Position numbers and translations under genes: made by a program. 24,322 nucleotides of DNA, from positions 6,620 to 30,941 of the forward strand of contig PSLL01000029.1 in assembly GCA_040289575.1 (NCBI GenBank), written 5' to 3'. Of this stretch, positions 1 through 8,606 are shown in pieces (the stretch's first letter is position 1; every line of letters begins with the position of its first letter). Origin of the DNA: Candidatus Dadabacteria bacterium. Its GTDB lineage: Bacteria > Desulfobacterota_D > UBA1144 > Nemesobacterales > CSP1-2. A model generated the notes under the pieces. That model was not told where the DNA came from, did not search any database, and worked only from the letters and a program-made list of their open reading frames with translations.

Positions 1-36
1 TTAATAAATTTCTCTCATATTTTTTAATCATGGCTC

Positions 37-1482
37 TTATGATGCACTCCTAATCTCTATTCTGATTTTCCCTACTAATTTTATAATCTCCGAGCCTCTG
101 CTGAGATCTCCTTCCAAAAACCTTATATGCGATGCATCGGCGGGAAACTGCCCGAATGTCGGATCAACCGCCATCCACCTCCCTACAAAAACCTCATCCC
201 ACGCATGGTAATAGAACTTTCCATCAAGGTACACAATGCCAAAAGCAATCTTCGTAGGAATCCCCGCGGCGCGGGCGAGAGCGGCAAAAAGTGTGGCGTG
301 CTCATTACAGTCTCCTCTTCTGATTTTAAGAACATCGAGCGCATTTGGGATGCTTACAGTTGGAACCTTCTCAAGATTATTATAAACCCAGTTGTTGATC
401 TCCTCCGCTGCTCGAAGAGAATTCCTCTCACCCTTTAAGATCTCTTTTGATTTCTCGACTATCCTTGGATCATTGCTCTGAATCAGACTATTGGCTTTGA
501 TATACATATTATACTCATTGCCTGAGTATGGAATGGAGTAGGGGGTGAATCCGGATATATTGGGTTGCCTCACCTCAATTATGCCATTTGCGAATGATTG
601 ACCACTCCCGCCATTGAGATCAAGCCCTTGAGTGGAATCTATTCCATCAATCTTTACACGAAGCAGTTTTAGTGTCCTAGGGTTATCTAACAAAACATTA
701 GAAGAGATAGCGGTTTTCTGTATAATGTCCAGGCTTGAAAGAGATCCGCCTAGAGCTTTATCCCTGGCCTCCCTTAGCGATACGAGCCCCGGAGGAGAAG
801 CCTCTTTTATGACTTCGCCATCATGGGTTATCCAGCTTGTAGACTCAGAACCCATAAATACCATCTTGATCCTATAGGTTTTAAAACTGCCTAGTGGAAT
901 CTTTACCTCTTCTTCCCCTTCAACGGTGAGCATTGCTTTTGAATCATGCGCCTCGCCTCCGGTTAAAGCCAGGGTCGGATCAAAAAGGGATACATCGTAT
1001 CTCTTGCCCACTTTGGGATTTTGGTCGGTAAGCCACTTAAAAATCATAGAGGGCACCAGAGGCTCATCTTTAAGCGGAAGGGAGATCTCGCTCTTGCCAG
1101 AAGCTGAGTATATTTGCACCTTGAGCTCCTTCCCTTCTTTTCTACCATTGGCTTGGAGTCCTACAAAACCGGCTTTCATAGAAAAATCAAAGGACTGGAT
1201 ATTGTATTTATTCAGGATATAATTGGATTTGACCTCTACGTCTTGATCACTACCCAGTATATTTATACGGAGATTGGTTTCTTCGGAGACCTTCGTGTTT
1301 TGGTTTATTGGTTCAATGATGGTGTGGGAATAGCCGATTTTATCCCCTCCAGAATAAATCCCCATCCACTCTTCTTTCGATGAAATCTTTGTATCTACGG
1401 ATTCAGAAGCGCTTGATAGATAATAATGAAAGGAAAGGAAAAATATCAGTGCAGAAAATAACAGAAGAGCACTCAATTTCAT
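37..1482 (-). CDS. Exported/membrane-anchored transglutaminase-like domain protein
   Basis: 481-aa ORF; hydrophobic N-terminus; C-terminal GDCNEHA...YHAWDEV...VDPT Cys-His-Asp triad of the transglutaminase-like superfamily. Confidence 0.85.
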   Translation of the reverse strand: MKLSALLLFSALIFFLSFHYYLSSASESVDTKISSKEEWMGIYSGGDKIGYSHTIIEPINQNTKVSEETNLRINILGSDQDVEVKSNYILNKYNIQSFDFSMKAGFVGLQANGRKEGKELKVQIYSASGKSEISLPLKDEPLVPSMIFKWLTDQNPKVGKRYDVSLFDPTLALTGGEAHDSKAMLTVEGEEEVKIPLGSFKTYRIKMVFMGSESTSWITHDGEVIKEASPPGLVSLREARDKALGGSLSSLDIIQKTAISSNVLLDNPRTLKLLRVKIDGIDSTQGLDLNGGSGQSFANGIIEVRQPNISGFTPYSIPYSGNEYNMYIKANSLIQSNDPRIVEKSKEILKGERNSLRAAEEINNWVYNNLEKVPTVSIPNALDVLKIRRGDCNEHATLFAALARAAGIPTKIAFGIVYLDGKFYYHAWDEVFVGRWMAVDPTFGQFPADASHIRFLEGDLSRGSEIIKLVGKIRIEIRSAS

Positions 1483-1606
1483 CTAAATAATCTACACTTG
1501 TTTAAATGTAGTCTCAAGTGGTGAATTTATACACATCCGCTGCATCACGTGGTATTCCAAATATAAATTGACACTGACATCATAATTAGGTTGAATAAAT
1601 TAGGAA

Positions 1607-2683
1607 ATGACAGCTGATGAAATCTACAATAGAGCCGATAGAAAAGAGCGGATAACCCCTGAAGAAGCCCTCCTGCTTCTTCGCAGAGCCGACCTACTGG
1701 AACTCGGATCGCTGGCAGACTCAGTAAGAAGAAGGTTCCATCCTGAAGGGATAGTCACATTCGTTGCTGACACAAATCCGAACTATACAAATGTCTGTGA
1801 TACGGAGTGCCTTTTTTGTGCATTCTGGAGACCTGCCGGGGCTTCAGATGCCTATACACTAACTATTGACGAGCTTTTGGGAATCATGAAGGCATCGTTT
1901 CACAATGGTGCGACTACTGTGCTTCTCCAAGGCGGCCACAATCCGGAGATTAAGCTCAACTATTACATAGAGCTTGTAAGGCGCGTAACAGCGGAAATCC
2001 CAGACCTCCATCTCCATGCATTCTCCGCTCCTGAAATCGGTGCTATAGCAAAGTATTCGGGGATTAGTACAAAAGAGGTGCTTGAAAAACTCTGGGAGGC
2101 AGGGCTGAGGACAATTCCCGGGGGCGGCGCTGAGATTCTGAGCAATAGAGTTAGAAAAAGGATAAGCCCTCTCAAGATTGATGCCGACCAGTGGATTCGA
2201 ATTACGAAAGAGGCCCACAAAATCGGATTTAAGACCACAGCCACAATGATGTTCGGTCATGCGGAAGAGGATGAAGACATAATCGAGCACCTTGAGAGGA
2301 TTAGAACCCTCCAGGACGAAACGGGCGGGTTTCTCGCATTTATTCCCTGGACATTTAAGCCCAGGAATACATTTCTTGAAAAGAGGATTCCCCATGAGGT
2401 CGGCGGAGACAGATACCTTCGCGTTCTTGCGCTCTCGAGGATCTACCTCGACAACTTCACACACATTCAGGGTTCATGGTTTACACAGGGGAAGAAGATG
2501 GCCTCAGTTTCACTCCACTTTGGAGCAAGTGATCTAGGCGGCACGCTATATGACGAAAACGTTCTCGGCTGTACTGAAAATAAACTGAGAGCTACAATTG
2601 GCGAACTCGTCCACATGATAAAGAGCGCGGGGTTTAGACCGGCACAGAGGGATACGTTTTATAGAATCATAAAGTACATGTGA
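1607..2683 (+). CDS. mqnC: Dehypoxanthine futalosine cyclase (radical SAM, futalosine menaquinone pathway)
   Basis: NYTNVCDTECLFCAF CxxxCxxC motif; LLQGGHNP, PGGGAEIL, TATMMFGH and AFIPWTF motifs of the CofH/MqnC/MqnE family. QGG and FIPW favour MqnC. Confidence 0.85.
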   Translation: MTADEIYNRADRKERITPEEALLLLRRADLLELGSLADSVRRRFHPEGIVTFVADTNPNYTNVCDTECLFCAFWRPAGASDAYTLTIDELLGIMKASFHNGATTVLLQGGHNPEIKLNYYIELVRRVTAEIPDLHLHAFSAPEIGAIAKYSGISTKEVLEKLWEAGLRTIPGGGAEILSNRVRKRISPLKIDADQWIRITKEAHKIGFKTTATMMFGHAEEDEDIIEHLERIRTLQDETGGFLAFIPWTFKPRNTFLEKRIPHEVGGDRYLRVLALSRIYLDNFTHIQGSWFTQGKKMASVSLHFGASDLGGTLYDENVLGCTENKLRATIGELVHMIKSAGFRPAQRDTFYRIIKYM

Positions 2684-2696
2684 TAATTCTAATCAA

Positions 2697-4127
2697 TCAA
2701 AAACACTCCCTCAAAGCGGCTTTTGCCGCATGATGGCCACACATCCCGTGTACACCTCCGCCAGGAGGTGTAGACGAAGAGCAGATGTAGAGACCTTTGA
2801 CGGGGGTTGAATAGGGCACGAGCCGCGCCACAGGCCGTGTAAAGAGCTGACCTATATCCTGAACACCACCGTTTATGTCGCCGCCTATATAATTAGGGTT
2901 GTATTGCTCAAACTCAAACGCCGATCTGGTGCTACGCGCAATTATGCAATCCCGGAACCCGGGCGCGAACCTCTCAATCTGGGATTCAATCCGCTCTGTC
3001 ATGTCGAGCCTTGATCCATTGGGAACATGGCAGTATGCCCATGCTGTATGCTTTCCTTCTGGGGCGCGCGTCGGGTCGAAGAGGCTCTGTTGGGCGACGA
3101 GGACGTAGGGTTTTTCGCAATGCCTTCCCTCCCACACCTCGTGCTCGGATCCTGCGATCTCCTCCAGAGTTCCGCCTATGTGCACTGTGCCCGCGCGTGT
3201 GCATTCTCTTGCCTTCCATGGGATCGGGTTGCTGAGTGCCCAATCGATCTTGAAAACACCGGGGCCATAGCGGTAACCCTCGAGCCTGCGTCTGTATCCA
3301 GGCGGCAAACGATTTCCCGCAATCTGAATCAATTGTCTTGGCGTCACATCAAATAGGATGGCGCGGGCAGAAGGTAGATTGTCAATGGAATCAACGGGCG
3401 CACTTGTGATAATTTCACCGCCGAGCGAACGGAGGTATAAGCCGAGAGCGTCAGCGATCTTCTGCGATCCGCCGCGGGGAATCGGCCAGCCAACGGCATG
3501 TCCGAGAATGCCGAGAATAAGCCCAAATGCCGCTGTCAGAGGCTTATTAAGTGGCATGATTGAATGCGCTGCCAGCCCTGCAAAAAAACCTCGGGCACGT
3601 TCGCCATTAAAAAGGCCCTTTGCCAGGCTAATGGCAGATCGAATTGCGATTAGACCAAATCGCGCCAGCCCAATCGGGTGCTTTGGCAGATGCAAGGGGC
3701 TTAGCAAATCGGCTGCAAGATTGTTCCAATCTGGAACAAGCGATCCCATGAGCTTCCGGTAAGCAGCGGCATCCTGACCACCGAGCGTCTCGCTTGTAGT
3801 GTCAATCGAGCGCTCAAGCATAGCCGCTGTGCCGTCATCAAATGGGTGAGCAAGGGGAGCTAAAGGGTGAATCCATTCGAGTCCGTATTTTGCAAGGGGG
3901 AGCATGCAAAAAAATGGCGAGCCAATGCCGAGGGGGTGTATTGCGGAGCAGATGTCGTGCACAAAACCGGGCAGAGTCAGTTCAGCCGAGCGTGTGCCTC
4001 CGCCTATGGTGCTTTTGGCCTCGAATACGACTACGGAGAGACCTGCCTGCGCGAGTGTAATTGCGGCGGCAAGGCCATTTGGTCCCGATCCAACAACAAT
4101 AGCGTCATATGTGCGGTATTCGGTCAT
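2697..4127 (-). CDS. FAD-dependent oxidoreductase, phytoene dehydrogenase-like (COG1233-type)
   Basis: DAIVVGSGPNGLAAA Rossmann motif, HDICSAIHP, C-terminal CSSSTPPGGGVHGMCG. Start placed at MTEY (4127); the ORF is open to 4148. Confidence 0.85.
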   Translation of the reverse strand: MTEYRTYDAIVVGSGPNGLAAAITLAQAGLSVVVFEAKSTIGGGTRSAELTLPGFVHDICSAIHPLGIGSPFFCMLPLAKYGLEWIHPLAPLAHPFDDGTAAMLERSIDTTSETLGGQDAAAYRKLMGSLVPDWNNLAADLLSPLHLPKHPIGLARFGLIAIRSAISLAKGLFNGERARGFFAGLAAHSIMPLNKPLTAAFGLILGILGHAVGWPIPRGGSQKIADALGLYLRSLGGEIITSAPVDSIDNLPSARAILFDVTPRQLIQIAGNRLPPGYRRRLEGYRYGPGVFKIDWALSNPIPWKARECTRAGTVHIGGTLEEIAGSEHEVWEGRHCEKPYVLVAQQSLFDPTRAPEGKHTAWAYCHVPNGSRLDMTERIESQIERFAPGFRDCIIARSTRSAFEFEQYNPNYIGGDINGGVQDIGQLFTRPVARLVPYSTPVKGLYICSSSTPPGGGVHGMCGHHAAKAALRECF

Positions 4128-4174
4128 GTCTACTATCATTATAAACATTTTTTGTGAAGGCGCATTGTATATTT

Positions 4175-4192
4175 GTAGGGGTGAACCTTGTG
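4175..4192 (+). repeat. Possible degenerate GTAG-type REP half element
   Basis: Intergenic GTAGGGGTGAACCTTGTG resembles the 5' half of GTAGGGGCG-type REPs; the complementary arm is missing. Confidence 0.3.
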
Positions 4193-4320
4193 ATACTGTT
4201 TAGGTATTGAGAATTGGGCGGGAATTTCCATTTCTGCATTAGCAAGATTGGATTTTTTCTTTCTTGACTTTCTGGTTATTTGTGAAAACCTTTTTCTAAA
4301 TTTATTTACGGAGGGGAGTT

Positions 4321-4842
4321 ATGCCGAGAAAAGTAGATATTACATCTCTATTTTGTGGTCTTATGATAGCCGGAATAATCCTTTTTACCGCTTCATGTGG
4401 AAGTCAAAGGACTTTTCAAACCAAATCATCTCCCACGGGATTTAGGAAATACATAATTGTTGAGATTCCGGATTTTAAAATGTCTTCGAGTTCTGCCCCG
4501 ACAGATGCCACATGGAAGATTCCTAATGAAATAGCAGAGAGGCTGAAAAAGGAAGACATCTTTACAGGAGTGAGTCGTTCCCCTGTGAGTATAAACGATG
4601 GAGTCCTTGTTGTGGATGGAACACTAGATTTTACACCGGCGCCGTGGTATGAAAGAATAGTTGCCACACAAAGGATTATCGCTCATGTGCGTTTTATCAA
4701 TAAATCCGACAACAGCATTATAGCCGAGGCGACCTTTGAGGGGACGTCTAAGGGGGGGATTGTAAGCGGTGGTTTATATTTTGCCTATATGCGCTTAGCC
4801 GATGAGATTGTAGATTATATAAAACTAAATTACTCCTCCTAG
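4321..4842 (+). CDS. Lipoprotein of unknown function (DUF4410-like)
   Basis: GGAGGGG RBS; signal peptide with lipobox-like FTASC; the family call is by resemblance only. Confidence 0.7.
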   Translation: MPRKVDITSLFCGLMIAGIILFTASCGSQRTFQTKSSPTGFRKYIIVEIPDFKMSSSSAPTDATWKIPNEIAERLKKEDIFTGVSRSPVSINDGVLVVDGTLDFTPAPWYERIVATQRIIAHVRFINKSDNSIIAEATFEGTSKGGIVSGGLYFAYMRLADEIVDYIKLNYSS

Positions 4843-4885
4843 AGACAATTAACCTGTAATCCCTTTTTATATGGCGAAGGATGAG

Positions 4886-4926
4886 GCATCACAGTATTGG
4901 GTAAACACAAACCTAAATACTGATGC
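4886..4926. other. Intergenic imperfect hairpin
   Basis: GCATCA(CA)GTATTGGGT...ACCTAAATACTGATGC pairs as a long bulged stem. There is no U-tract, so it is not a clear intrinsic terminator. Confidence 0.35.
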
Positions 4927-4944
4927 ACTGATACATAATAGTCC

Positions 4945-4973
4945 TTGACAGGATGTATTTTATGTATTACCTT
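4945..4973 (+). promoter_or_regulatory. Sigma70-type promoter of the fur/zur-znuACB operon
   Basis: TTGACA (4945-4950), 17-bp spacer, TACCTT (4968-4973). Confidence 0.7.
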
Positions 4974-4989
4974 TGAGAAAAATTCTCAA
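4973..4989. promoter_or_regulatory. Fur/Zur-type operator, copy 1 (TTGAGAAAAATTCTCAA)
   Basis: 7-3-7 palindrome starting on the last base of the -10 element; 16/17 identical to the copy at 8117-8133. Confidence 0.8.
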
Positions 4990-5064
4990 TTAGATATTGA
5001 CGGGTTTATATTGGTTTTTTGTCTATTGTTCTTAACCGGCGGATATTCTCAGTAGCTGAATAAA

Positions 5065-5544
5065 ATGGAATCTCGATGGAGCAAAGGTAAAATCAGGGTA
5101 TTTGAACACGGTCCAAGGTCAATCAAAACGCTTTTCCATAAGCGCGGGCTTAAGTGTACACCTCAGCGGCTTGCGGTGCTGAGTATTCTTGAAGAAAATT
5201 CAAGGCATTTTTCGGTAACGGAGATTCACAAGAAGGTAAAGAAGGTCCTTCCCGGGATGGGGCTTGCCACGGTTTATCGTGCACTTGAGGCGCTTGTGGA
5301 TTTGGGCTTGGTCGTAAGGGTTCACTTAGAGGATGGCTGTCATAACTATGCGGTTGCCCCGATTGGGCACCAGCACTCAATAGTGTGCGTCGGATGCAAC
5401 CGGGTGATGGATTTTGCTGAATGTCCGATTAGGAGTATATCGAGAAAATTGTCCAGACAAACCGGATTTACAATCCAGAAACATTTCTTACAACTCTATG
5501 GGAAATGCCGAACCTGTCAATTGTATGTAAGTGAAAGAAGGTAA
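5065..5544 (+). CDS. zur: Fur-family transcriptional repressor, probably zinc uptake regulator
   Basis: TPQRLAVL and LATVYRAL HTH motifs; two CxxC pairs (CVGC, CRTC); first gene of a Zn/Mn ABC operon. Confidence 0.8.
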   Translation: MESRWSKGKIRVFEHGPRSIKTLFHKRGLKCTPQRLAVLSILEENSRHFSVTEIHKKVKKVLPGMGLATVYRALEALVDLGLVVRVHLEDGCHNYAVAPIGHQHSIVCVGCNRVMDFAECPIRSISRKLSRQTGFTIQKHFLQLYGKCRTCQLYVSERR

Positions 5545-5551
5545 ATTTTAA

Positions 5552-6493
5552 ATGCCCCATATTCGTATCCCTCATAGCGTCTTTCCTCTTTCTATTATTG
5601 TTATTCTGCTTCTTGCACTTGTTGGCTATGTGCTGTTTGTAATTCCGTCAAAAGAGTCTATAAACGAGAAGAGTAAGCTACGTGTTACGGCTTCTTTTTA
5701 TCCTTTGTATTATTTTGCTACTCAAATCGCAGGAGATAAAGCGGAAGTCATTAATATAACCCCGGCAGGAGCCGAGCCTCATAATTACGAACCAACTGCG
5801 CGGGATATAGCACGAATTGAGAGCAGTGATCTTTTGATTCTTAATGGAGGCAATCTTGAGGCATGGGGGGATAAAATAAAAGACGAACTAACCGGTCGAC
5901 ATACGATAATTGTCATCGCAGGAAAGGGTCTGGTAGACAGACAGTTAATAGAAGAAGGAAAGGCAATTCAAGACCCTCATGTATGGCTCAGTCTCCCTCT
6001 CGCGAAGCAAGAAGTAGAAAAAATAGTTCAAGGATTCATTCAAGCCGATCCTGCAAATGCATCATTTTATCAGTCAAATGCGCAGTCCCTTAAGGATAAA
6101 CTCGACGCACTTGATAAAGAGTATAGGGAAGGATTACATTCATGCGTAAGCCGTGACATTGTTACCTCCCATGCGGCATTTGGCTACCTTGCACATCAGT
6201 ATCACTTAAATCAAATTGCTATTGCCGGAGTTTCTCCTGACGAAGAACCCAATACTAAGAAGCTTGCTGAAATATCCGATTTAGTAAAGGCGAAAGGCAT
6301 TAGAGTTATCTTTTTTGAGAATCTTATAAACCCCAAGTTATCGGAGACTATCGCCAACGAAACCGGTGCAAAGGCGCTTGTGCTTGACCCTATTGAGGGT
6401 ATTAGCAACAATGATATTAAGGCTGGGAAAAACTACTTCACTCAAATGGAGGCGAACCTTCATAATTTGCGAATCGCACTTCAATGCCAATAG
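5552..6493 (+). CDS. znuA: Zn/Mn ABC transporter substrate-binding protein (ZnuA/AdcA-like)
   Basis: ASFYPLY, EPHNYEP, DPHVWL, SHAAFGY and DPIEG motifs of cluster A-I metal-binding proteins; N-terminal hydrophobic anchor. Confidence 0.85.
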   Translation: MPHIRIPHSVFPLSIIVILLLALVGYVLFVIPSKESINEKSKLRVTASFYPLYYFATQIAGDKAEVINITPAGAEPHNYEPTARDIARIESSDLLILNGGNLEAWGDKIKDELTGRHTIIVIAGKGLVDRQLIEEGKAIQDPHVWLSLPLAKQEVEKIVQGFIQADPANASFYQSNAQSLKDKLDALDKEYREGLHSCVSRDIVTSHAAFGYLAHQYHLNQIAIAGVSPDEEPNTKKLAEISDLVKAKGIRVIFFENLINPKLSETIANETGAKALVLDPIEGISNNDIKAGKNYFTQMEANLHNLRIALQCQ

Positions 6494-7239
6494 CGAATCA
6501 TAAAGAAAATATCATAGAATTAAAAAATATATCGTTCTCGTATGGCGACGATACGGTTTTAAATAACCTGAACCTAGAGGTTCATAAAGGGGATTATCTC
6601 GGTATTATTGGTCCCAATGGCGGCGGAAAAACAACGCTCATTAAAATTATGCTTGGGCTTCTACACGCACGAGGGGAAATAAGGCTTTTTGGAAAAGATA
6701 TTCGCGAATTTAGGGAATGGTCAAAAATAGGATATGTTTCTCAAAGAGCCATCCAGATTGACACGAGTTTTCCCATAACCGTGACTGAGGTAGTAAGTAT
6801 GGGACGATATGCAATGAAAGGCATATTCCGCTTTCTTAATGCCGAAGATAGGAAAAAGGTTTTAGAATCATTAAGAGAAGTGGAGATGGATGGTTATCAG
6901 AACCGACTCATTGGAGATCTTTCTACGGGCCAACAGCAACGTGTATTTATTGCGCGGGCGCTTGTCGGAGAACCGGAGGTTATCGTGCTTGATGAACCGA
7001 CTGTCGGTGTTGATTTAAAAACACAAGAGCAGTTTTATGCGCTTTTGAGGAAGCTCAATCGTGAGAAGGATATAACCCTTATCTTGGCTTCTCATGATCT
7101 CGATGTGATTGAACGCGAAGCAACCGGGCTTATTTGTATCAATCGTTCTGTGGCATATTGCGGGTCGGTGAAAGGATTTAGAATGCACGAGAGCTATTCA
7201 GATTTCTATAAAGAAAGTATGAAGATTCATCATCACTAA
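6484..7239 (+). CDS. znuC: Zn/Mn ABC transporter ATPase
   Basis: Walker A GPNGGGKTT, signature LSTGQQQR, Walker B VIVLDEP, SHD H-loop, HHH C-terminus; overlaps the znuA stop. Confidence 0.85.
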   Translation: MPIANHKENIIELKNISFSYGDDTVLNNLNLEVHKGDYLGIIGPNGGGKTTLIKIMLGLLHARGEIRLFGKDIREFREWSKIGYVSQRAIQIDTSFPITVTEVVSMGRYAMKGIFRFLNAEDRKKVLESLREVEMDGYQNRLIGDLSTGQQQRVFIARALVGEPEVIVLDEPTVGVDLKTQEQFYALLRKLNREKDITLILASHDLDVIEREATGLICINRSVAYCGSVKGFRMHESYSDFYKESMKIHHH

Positions 7240-7241
7240 AA

Positions 7242-8057
7242 ATGTTTAATATCTTTCAATATGGATTCATTGTACGAGGCATAGAAGTAGGAATAGTCAT
7301 TGGTGTTATCGCGCCTCTAATAGGCATTTTTCTTATCCTTCGAAGATATGCATTAATCGCCGATGCCCTCGCTCACGTCTCGCTTGCGGGGGTTGCCCTG
7401 GGCCTCCTCTTGGGTTTAAATCCTCTTATTACTGGGATAGGTACTGCTGTTGCTTCTTCGGTTGTGGTCGAGCGCCTCCGCATTTCAAAAAGGGTGTATG
7501 CGGATTCCGCCCTTTCCATTTTTTTATCGGGCAGTCTCGCTCTCGCGATCGTTCTCATTAGCGTCGCGAAGGGCTTCAGCGTTGATCTTTTCAATTACCT
7601 TTTTGGAAGCATTGTTACTGTCAAAATTTCTGATCTCTATGTCATTTTAATATTCGGGGTTGTGGTTATCCTTTCTGTTCTCGCATTCTATAAAGAGCTT
7701 ATTTATATTACCTTTGATGAGGAGGCAGCGCAGGTTTCAGGTATCAATACTCGCCTCATTAATATGGTTCTCATAGTCCTTGCCGCATTCACCGTTTCGC
7801 TTGCGATTCCAATCGTCGGCGTCCTCCTTATTGCCGCGTTAGTGGTGATACCGGTTGTCACCGCAATTCAATTGAAAAAGAATTTCCTTGCTACGGTTAT
7901 TTATGCGGAGATTATTTCGGTACTATCGGTTATTATTGGAATTATTGGGTCTTTCTATTTTAATGTTCCCGCAGGAGGCGCGATTGTTCTTCTTACTATC
8001 ATTATTTTTGTCGTGGTGTTTTGGTATAAAACCACGGTGCATAAGGGTAAAAAGTAA
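7242..8057 (+). CDS. znuB: Zn/Mn ABC transporter permease
   Basis: DALAHVSLAG, YLFGSI and TFDEEAA motifs of the ABC-3 family; multiple TM segments. Confidence 0.85.
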   Translation: MFNIFQYGFIVRGIEVGIVIGVIAPLIGIFLILRRYALIADALAHVSLAGVALGLLLGLNPLITGIGTAVASSVVVERLRISKRVYADSALSIFLSGSLALAIVLISVAKGFSVDLFNYLFGSIVTVKISDLYVILIFGVVVILSVLAFYKELIYITFDEEAAQVSGINTRLINMVLIVLAAFTVSLAIPIVGVLLIAALVVIPVVTAIQLKKNFLATVIYAEIISVLSVIIGIIGSFYFNVPAGGAIVLLTIIIFVVVFWYKTTVHKGKK

Positions 8058-8089
8058 CGTTATTTGATGGAGAGATAGATTGTAGCTAC

Positions 8090-8117
8090 TTGACAATGTA
8101 GTTTTATACTTTATAAT
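8090..8117 (+). promoter_or_regulatory. Consensus sigma70 promoter of the second metal-uptake operon
   Basis: TTGACA (8090-8095), 16-bp spacer, TATAAT (8112-8117). Confidence 0.8.
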
Positions 8118-8133
8118 TGAGAAAATTTCTCAA
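8117..8133. promoter_or_regulatory. Fur/Zur-type operator, copy 2 (TTGAGAAAATTTCTCAA)
   Basis: Perfect 8-1-8 palindrome in the same position relative to -10 as copy 1. Confidence 0.85.
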
Positions 8134-8175
8134 ATATGAAAACTTAGTAAAAATGTGGCCAACAGACTAATATCT

Positions 8176-8529
8176 ATGGCGAAGCTAAATACATATATCT
8201 GGATAAAATTGAAAAGGGTCTCAGACATAGCTTTCTTAACCCTGATCATACTTTTTCTTCTTTCCTTGAGTTTTCATAATCATGCCTTTTGTTTTGATAC
8301 CTCTTCTATTAAGAAGGTTTCCCAATCAGAATCCAAATATCCAGGGCACTCTGAACAATTCTGTTCTGCATGTCGTCTATATGGAAATGTTAAATTACAT
8401 AACCCAATCAAGAATATTGATTTTGGCTTTTTTGGAATTGTAATAGCCTTTTTAAAACCTGATGTTTTAATCCCATCTTCATTTTTATCCCTAAAAAATT
8501 TCCCCCGTTCACCTCCGGTAATCCTCTGA
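8176..8529 (+). CDS. Small membrane protein with HxH, CxxC and C-terminal RSPP (DUF2946/CruR-like putative arrest peptide)
   Basis: TM segment IAFLTLIILFLLSLSF followed by HNH; HSEQFCSAC; ends FPRSPPVIL. Start is ATG 8176 or GTG 8155. Confidence 0.7.
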   Translation: MAKLNTYIWIKLKRVSDIAFLTLIILFLLSLSFHNHAFCFDTSSIKKVSQSESKYPGHSEQFCSACRLYGNVKLHNPIKNIDFGFFGIVIAFLKPDVLIPSSFLSLKNFPRSPPVIL

Positions 8530-8604
8530 GCGGTTCCGCTATTAATCAAGACTCAGACGGGTTAGTTTCATACAATTAGCCACTAATTACTTATTGGAGG
8601 TGAA
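8508..8604 (+). promoter_or_regulatory. Putative anti-SD/SD mRNA structure sequestering the RBS of the downstream gene
   Basis: TTCACCTCCGGTAA (8508-8521) pairs with TTATTGGAGGTGAA (8591-8604): 14 bp including 2 G-U. Inner stems are TCTGAG/CTCAGA (8525-8557) and GGTTAGTT/AATTAGCC (8560-8581). Confidence 0.7.
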
Positions 8605-8606
8605 GT

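Noticed and set aside
1483..1606. TTGACA at 1568-1573 and a CACTTG/CAAGTG inverted repeat in the divergent intergenic region
   Set aside because: There is no convincing -10 at 16-18 bp, and a 6-bp repeat is expected by chance.
1607..4148. Functional link between mqnC and the oxidoreductase as a menaquinone-modifying pair
   Set aside because: The genes are convergent with different composition, and the known menaquinone saturase MenJ belongs to a different (geranylgeranyl reductase) family.
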